A DNA stretch of 64,000 nt from NCBI GenBank assembly GCA_010093605.1, contig MU004197.1, positions 1,302,001 to 1,366,000 of the forward strand, written 5' to 3'. Position numbers and translations under genes: made by a program. The DNA is from Lophium mytilinum. Its lineage: Eukaryota. Positions 58,517-64,000 of this stretch are shown here, piece by piece; the stretch's first letter is position 1, and each line of letters begins with the position of its first letter. The notes beneath the pieces are model-generated. The model saw only the letters and a program-made list of their open reading frames with translations. It was not told the DNA's origin and did no database searches.

Positions 58517-59299
58517 GCGGGCTGCTTTAGGAGGTGGGTAGTGTTACATTGGATGGGACGCATCGTTAGTGGACGTGGAGAGGTTCTATGGGTGTCTTTG
58601 CCCGCAGTTTTGAAGCATATGGCTCCGGAATTGAAGGGTGCAGGAATGTGAAGCTGAGTGAGCAGCTTGTGTAAAGGATGGCTGATTTAGACTCGCTCAA
58701 TATAACATCGTCATCCTCCACTCTTCCATCCTCATGAGGTATCTCGATATGTCTTTCGTGTGTGCAGATCTCCAATAGAAACCTCTCAGATCTCGACATG
58801 TGGGAATCTTAAAGCGCTCGGTATGCTGTCATTGGAGGCGGCTGATTCAGGGTATATTTGATATTACATCGCCCTCTCTTATTCTCCCGACCCTGTAAGG
58901 CGTCATCAGAAGCCTAACTGATGCGCATATCTTCCCTAGTAATACCTAGAAGTCAGCCTACCGTTTTCCTACTCGAGCATCTGCTACCCATTACCCTCCT
59001 CATTGTGGCGCCGAGTGCGCAAGAATGAAGCCTGAGCACTTGTATGACCATCTACTAAAATGCAGCCCCAAAATCAGACTGTTAAAGTCAACACTACGGA
59101 TATTAGAATACGTTTCGACAACACCAGCATCTGCTACGTAGGGCCCTCCTGATGTTGGCATTGAATTTGCAAGAAGGAAGCCTAAATTGCAGCGCTCAAC
59201 CTTTATGCTCAACTCAACACCACAGAAGTCAGGATTGCTTTTGGCTGAGGAACTCCCCGCTACCTAGGGCTCTCTTCACGATATTATTAACCTCTTGGT

Positions 59300-59974
59300 G
59301 GTTGTCTCTAGTGAAGCTCGCACGCGGCCTGTAGTCGAAAATCTTGCCGCATACTGGGTTGGTTTGTTCGCGATGCGCAACGTGTGTTCCGCTGCGGGGA
59401 GTTGCTGTCGAACACGCCTCTGGAAACCCTAGATGATATCTCCGGCTTCCTCTATATAGTTACAGCGTTCTTGAGCTTTGAATATATCGGCTCCACTACT
59501 ATGTGCCACGCAAAGCGTCGCAGCTGTACGCGTTGGACATGCTAGGCAGGTGGAACGCAATATTTGAAGAATGACTGGGACCATGCATTGGGACTCTCGA
59601 CGTATGTTAGAGGTAGTCAAAGACACGCTCCAAGAGATTCAATTCCCTCAAATTACAAACGAGGATACCGCTTTGGAGTTCATGTCTAAGGCACGTAAGA
59701 TTCAGCAGCTATGGAGCGCCGGCTCTACTGCATATCCATGGGGCACTGCGGAAGAGCTTCCGGAGTACTCTCGCTTACTTGAAGTTTGTACATCCTACTG
59801 GCAGTACATCCATATGCTAACTTTTGATAGGTGTGCGGTAGTCTTATCAAGGGTTGCCAGTGCAGGCCCAAATACGGATGCCAGCAAGACTCGTGTGTCT
59901 GTTACAAGAACCATGTACCCTGTAGAGACGAATGTCATTCCACGAAGCGAGAGAAAGACTCTTGTCATTACTAG
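59300..59974 (+). pseudogene. Disrupted gene ending in a CXC (tesmin-like) Cys cluster
   Basis: After intron 59784-59830 the exon reads GCQCRPKYGCQQDSCVCYKNHVPCRDECH; in-frame stops upstream at 59472 and 59565. Confidence 0.5.
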
Positions 59975-60318
59975 CTAGTGTTCCCAACGAGGGTGTAGGC
60001 GTATGCGAGTATCCTCGCAGGTGAGGAGGGGTCAAATTTCGTAATGGTTGCATGTTGTTGGCCGATGGAACAGGGGAGGCTTGCCGGGGGCCCAACGAGG
60101 GTGTAGGCGTATGCGCGTAGCCTCGCAGGTGAGGGGGGTCCAAGACGCGTGATGGTGGACTCACGTTGGCGTGCATAGCTACGGCTGATAGTGGAGGAGC
60201 AGTGTAGACGGTTCGCGGACGTGTTATTCGCGGAGGAATACTGCGGACGTCGTGCCGGCACATAGGACAAGTAATTGCAGTATTTAGCCATGGGCTGATG
60301 CAGTCTCGATGAACGCGA
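59847..60318 (-). pseudogene. Fragment carrying the C-terminal half of a RING-H2 finger and a duplicated Pro-rich repeat
   Basis: HRDCISPWLNTAITCPMCR; PPHLRGYxHTPTPSLG twice. Confidence 0.5.
59983..60138. repeat. About 48-bp direct repeat at 108-bp offset
   Basis: cccaacgagggtgtaggcgtatgcg...cctcgcaggtgagg at 59983 and 60091. Confidence 0.85.
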
Positions 60319-60800
60319 TCCCGAAATGCCCTAATTGCGAGAAAGAACAGCCCCAGCGCAATTTGTCGCGCCATATCCAACGAAATCATCCAACAGCGAT
60401 CTTACCTGCACCAAAACTACCAAAGGTGGTTTGCGGATTATGTGGAAAGGAGGTCGCCAAAAAAGCACGAAAACGACACCAAGCCCTGCAACACAAAGGA
60501 GCAGCTATAGTGTTTACTCGGGTACGGAAAGCAGCTGATTCACGCCAACGGAAACGATACCAAGTCTTGAACCAAGAAGGGAAAGATGTAGTGGTTAGGA
60601 ATGTAGAAACACAAGCAACTTCACGCGAAAGTATATCCGAGATCGAAGAACAGGAGAGGCCGAAAGGAGCTCGTATACCACGATCATACAATGGACCCCG
60701 CGTACATTGTAGTATTTGCGCGAATCTTCCACAAGCGAGTTGCCGGTATCGTCCACGTTATGATTGGAGGGAGGTAGGTTCTGGATTGGCTTCACTTTAA
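60309..60800 (+). CDS. Small protein with two C2H2-like fingers (may be a fragment)
   Basis: CPNC...LSRHIQRNH; CGLC...RKRHQALQH. Confidence 0.5.
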   Translation: MNAIPKCPNCEKEQPQRNLSRHIQRNHPTAILPAPKLPKVVCGLCGKEVAKKARKRHQALQHKGAAIVFTRVRKAADSRQRKRYQVLNQEGKDVVVRNVETQATSRESISEIEEQERPKGARIPRSYNGPRVHCSICANLPQASCRYRPRYDWREVGSGLASL

Positions 60801-61129
60801 GAGCGGTAGTCACATCCTTAAGCGGCTTGGGCCTAGGTGTGTCCTGCGTATCGGACGGCGTATTGGGAATGCTTAGGGCGGACAATCGGGGCTCGATTTG
60901 ACTAGCAAAGCTACTCAACCTTTTGAGCCACTCCCAATGTGTTTTCATTAGGACCTCGCGAATAGCTCGGATCCTAGCGATGAGCTCATTGACTGGAGGC
61001 GGGTGAACATTATAGCATTACATTTATACTGATACAGTTGGTATCTTCTACCTGAGCCCTAGTGTCCACTTATCCACCTAGCTTTCTGGTATACCGTCCT
61101 TTGACACCAGTTTTCTTGTCAACTTCTTT

Positions 61130-62350
61130 GCTGCCTTCGTCTTGTTACTCTCAATGGGCGACCGTGACTTCCGCTTCTTTGTCGTAGCTCTTGTGAGCCG
61201 TCGTGTGTCATGCGCATCCTCCTGTCTGTCCTCTTGGTCTTCGTTACTCTCGGCAGATGATCGAGGTCCTTTCCGGCGTTTACAGCCTTCTTGATTTCGA
61301 TCTCAAGCTACATGTATCGAGATTAGTGATAGTAATATACTCTAACTATGATCAACTTACCTTCTGAGGAAGTGTGTCAACATTATCAATTGCAATTTCG
61401 TTTAGGATGTCCTCAAGTTCCTGGGGATGTTCTGGGCCGCCGTCGTATAGGAGATACGGCCCCGCAACGCAATGTTCGCAATTTCTTGTAAAACGACCCG
61501 GTGTCTCTTCAATCTTTGTTGCGAACAGGTCTGCTAGGCAGCTTGTGTGATAGTAGGCTTGACAATTGCCACACTGGTGCGTATGTTAGTTGACGATGCA
61601 AGTTGCCATAGTTAAGAAAGGGTACTGACTTGAAAGATGTACTCCCCCAAGGTACATGGCACAGTACAGCCCTCATGGGCGCACTCATATGCTTTATTCG
61701 TCTCGAGAATATTTATGCTAAAGGAATCCAGGATCCACTTCCTTAGTAGACCCACTACTATAGTCGAGTTCGCTTTGACAAGGTTTATGAGGTCTGGTCC
61801 CCATGCCGACATCTTCCGGGCACTCTTATCCTTCAAGTTAAAGTTTGGCCAGCGCAAGTTCTCCAAAAGGTCTTCATGCATCCATCCAGTAGGGGCAGGA
61901 CGCTCGCAATCCTTTGACAATCCTTCCTCTTCCAGCATCTTTCTAGGTAATTCTGGCTTGGTAGAACACAGTGTTAACGCCAGTTGTCTTTGGCATATTG
62001 CTCAGCCAGCTAGCGACGGGTTTGGCCGTTGGACTATTTAGATCATCATACTCCATAATGGTACTCTCAACTCTACACTTTACATCGCATCTGCATTTTT
62101 GAAAGACTATGGGTGCATCCTAAGAGGTGGTGAACAAATAAATGAACACCCTCGTTGTGAAGCAGTACACGAGGCGGTACTTCTTATGTTACCCGTAGGG
62201 CTCTTCACATCATCTACGGTCATCTCAAAAGCTCGACAGCGACGACGAGGCTTCACAAAATTGCAACGATTATCTATGATCATGACGCCAGTCAATGTGC
62301 TATACTGCTGTGACGGGAATCGGGCACACCAGGTACACTTCCAATCTGTG
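61130..62350 (-). pseudogene. Disrupted Cys-rich (PHD-like) gene
   Basis: CAHEGCTVPC, then in a later segment CGNCQAYYHTSC...CEHC; upstream WKCTWC segment with a stop at 62107; boundaries uncertain. Confidence 0.4.
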
Positions 62351-63204
62351 TAGGCCGTGTTGACACTGTCTGGAGTAGCCTCGCGAGTCTACTAGTAGTT
62401 CAAAATATCGTGCCTTTCCCTCATTCGGCACGCTGAAAGTACCACAAGGCTCCTCAAACCGTGGTAAATGAGTGTACGGATTTCTATAAAAAGTTATTGC
62501 ACTAACACCTGGTCTATCTAATCCGATTCAAACAACACCGACTCCCGGGCCCCTCCTGCAAACCCATTATTACGGGTCAACCTTTATTAGAGGCACTTTG
62601 GGAATGAGACTGCCTCTTGACTAGCTGGCTACCTGACAACTGGGCTACTCCTGACAGTGATGCCTGGCTTCCAAAGTCGCTCTCAAGCCTTGCTGGTATC
62701 CATGTGGGTAGGTGCGTAGCTACTCTAATGCGCCATTGAGGTCTACGCAGTAGCTTTTAGACTTCCCTTTGGCTGGCTAGCTTGCCGATAACGGTGCCAC
62801 TCCTCACAGCGGCATCTAGCTTCCAAAGCAGTCTTCGAGCAGCCAGCCTAAATTGGAGAACGGCATCGCACATAACCTAGAGACTCTTCTCGGCGATTCC
62901 CCCCGGACGATGATTAGGAACCGGAAGTGCCCGTGGACTGGTACAGCTATGCGGTCTTCGATTGCCAACACGATGCAGAGGTCTACGCAGTGAAAAATAG
63001 ACCCTCCTTTGACTACTTCAGCTCATGCTGAACGAGCTCCTCCTCACGGTAGCCTCGAGCGGCCAAGAGCAGGACATTTGGAGTCCCATTTCCGGGTGCC
63101 CGGCTCAAGAATATTACAGTATTTTGTGCAGTACTCCGACCTTCTATGAATCACTTACGGCAATGTCAAGAGCCCGACTGCGAAGACTGGACTGTACGAA
63201 ATTG

Positions 63205-63967
63205 TAGGTGTTTTTAACAATTTCGAGATCCTTCAACGTGCTACAGATGGTGTAAGAGCACGAGGTCTAAACTGGTGTGTCTAGAACGTTACATTCACAA
63301 AAAATGATCTTGAAAGGTTCTGAGGCAGTCTGCTAGGTCATTTACGAGTGGAAACCTCTTGTCCGCAATATCTTTTAAGGCCAGTCCAAGTACTATCCAT
63401 GCTGTAACAGTACGAGGTCTCATTTACGGTGTGTAGAGCATTACTTTCAATGTGAACCGTCTTGACAGGGTCTAAGGTAGTCTAGTAGGTTGACTACGGT
63501 TGTAAAACTCTTGTTCTCAATGACTCTGAGGTTAGCCAGCATGCTACACATGCTGTAAGAGTACTGGATTTGATATAGGGTGTCTAGAGTGTTACATTCA
63601 GCGACTTCGATCTCAAAAGGGCCTGAGGTAGTCTGCAGGGCCTACTAAGGGTGAAACGATCTTCTTCCCAATAGCTTTGAGGGTATTCAACTTGCCATAC
63701 GTGCCGTGGGAACACCGAGTCTAGTTTGGGGCGTGTAGAACCTTACACTCATCAAAACTAATCTTCAAAGGGACTGAGGTAGTCTGCCAGGCCTACTACG
63801 TGTGCAAATCTCTTATTCTCAATATTTCTGAGGCCAGTCCACCTGCTATAAATGCCGTATGACCATCAGCTCTAATCTAGGGTGTGTAGAGCGGTACATT
63901 CACTGAGAATGGTCTTAAAAGGGTCTGAAGGAGTTTGCTGGGTCTATCACGTGTTCAAATCTCTTAC
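63205..63967. repeat. Degenerate tandem array, period 151-152 bp, about 5 copies
   Basis: Anchor TAGA-N4-TAC-N2-TCA recurs at 63282, 63434, 63585, 63736 and 63887; ctgaggtagtctgc-like and ctcttgttctcaat-like blocks recur at the same spacing. Confidence 0.9.
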
Positions 63968-64000
63968 ATGAGCTGCTGAACTTGAAGCTTCCAGCAACGT

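Noticed and set aside
62738..62992. gaggtctacgcagt occurring twice, sharing GTCTACGC with the repeat at 186-455
   Set aside because: Too short to separate from chance and no element boundaries are evident
63205..63967. CRISPR array or ankyrin-repeat interpretation of the tandem array
   Set aside because: Eukaryotic context, whole units are homologous with no unique spacers, and translations lack the ankyrin TPLH consensus and contain stops

Overview
Intron-containing filamentous ascomycete (Pezizomycotina-like) genomic DNA with about 26 protein-coding genes or gene remnants. No rRNA, tRNA or CRISPR feature was recognised. Ordinary genes include a GNAT acetyltransferase, an SDR, a MARVEL protein, SEC72 and a divergent Zn2Cys6 TF/MFS pair. 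Accessory content includes a HET protein, three small secreted proteins, a linalool dehydratase/isomerase-like gene, five divergent BTB-like paralogs, a HAD/terpene-cyclase-like protein with degenerate motifs, a 39-aa Cys-rich microprotein, a 242-bp MITE, decayed Cys-rich gene fragments and a 151-bp-period tandem array. The most notable structure is a head-to-head gene pair at 32.1-40.2 kb. One gene encodes a HeLo-like/DUF7580-type protein. Its partner is a large mosaic protein that appears to carry nested fragments of unrelated conserved fungal regulators (Nma111 PDZ, MedA, Som1/Flo8, DUF8035, Lkh1) in and around a probably inactivated trypsin-like domain, which resembles a paired sensor/executor system with integrated decoys. 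All family assignments come from motif recognition by eye and from memory; no searches were run.
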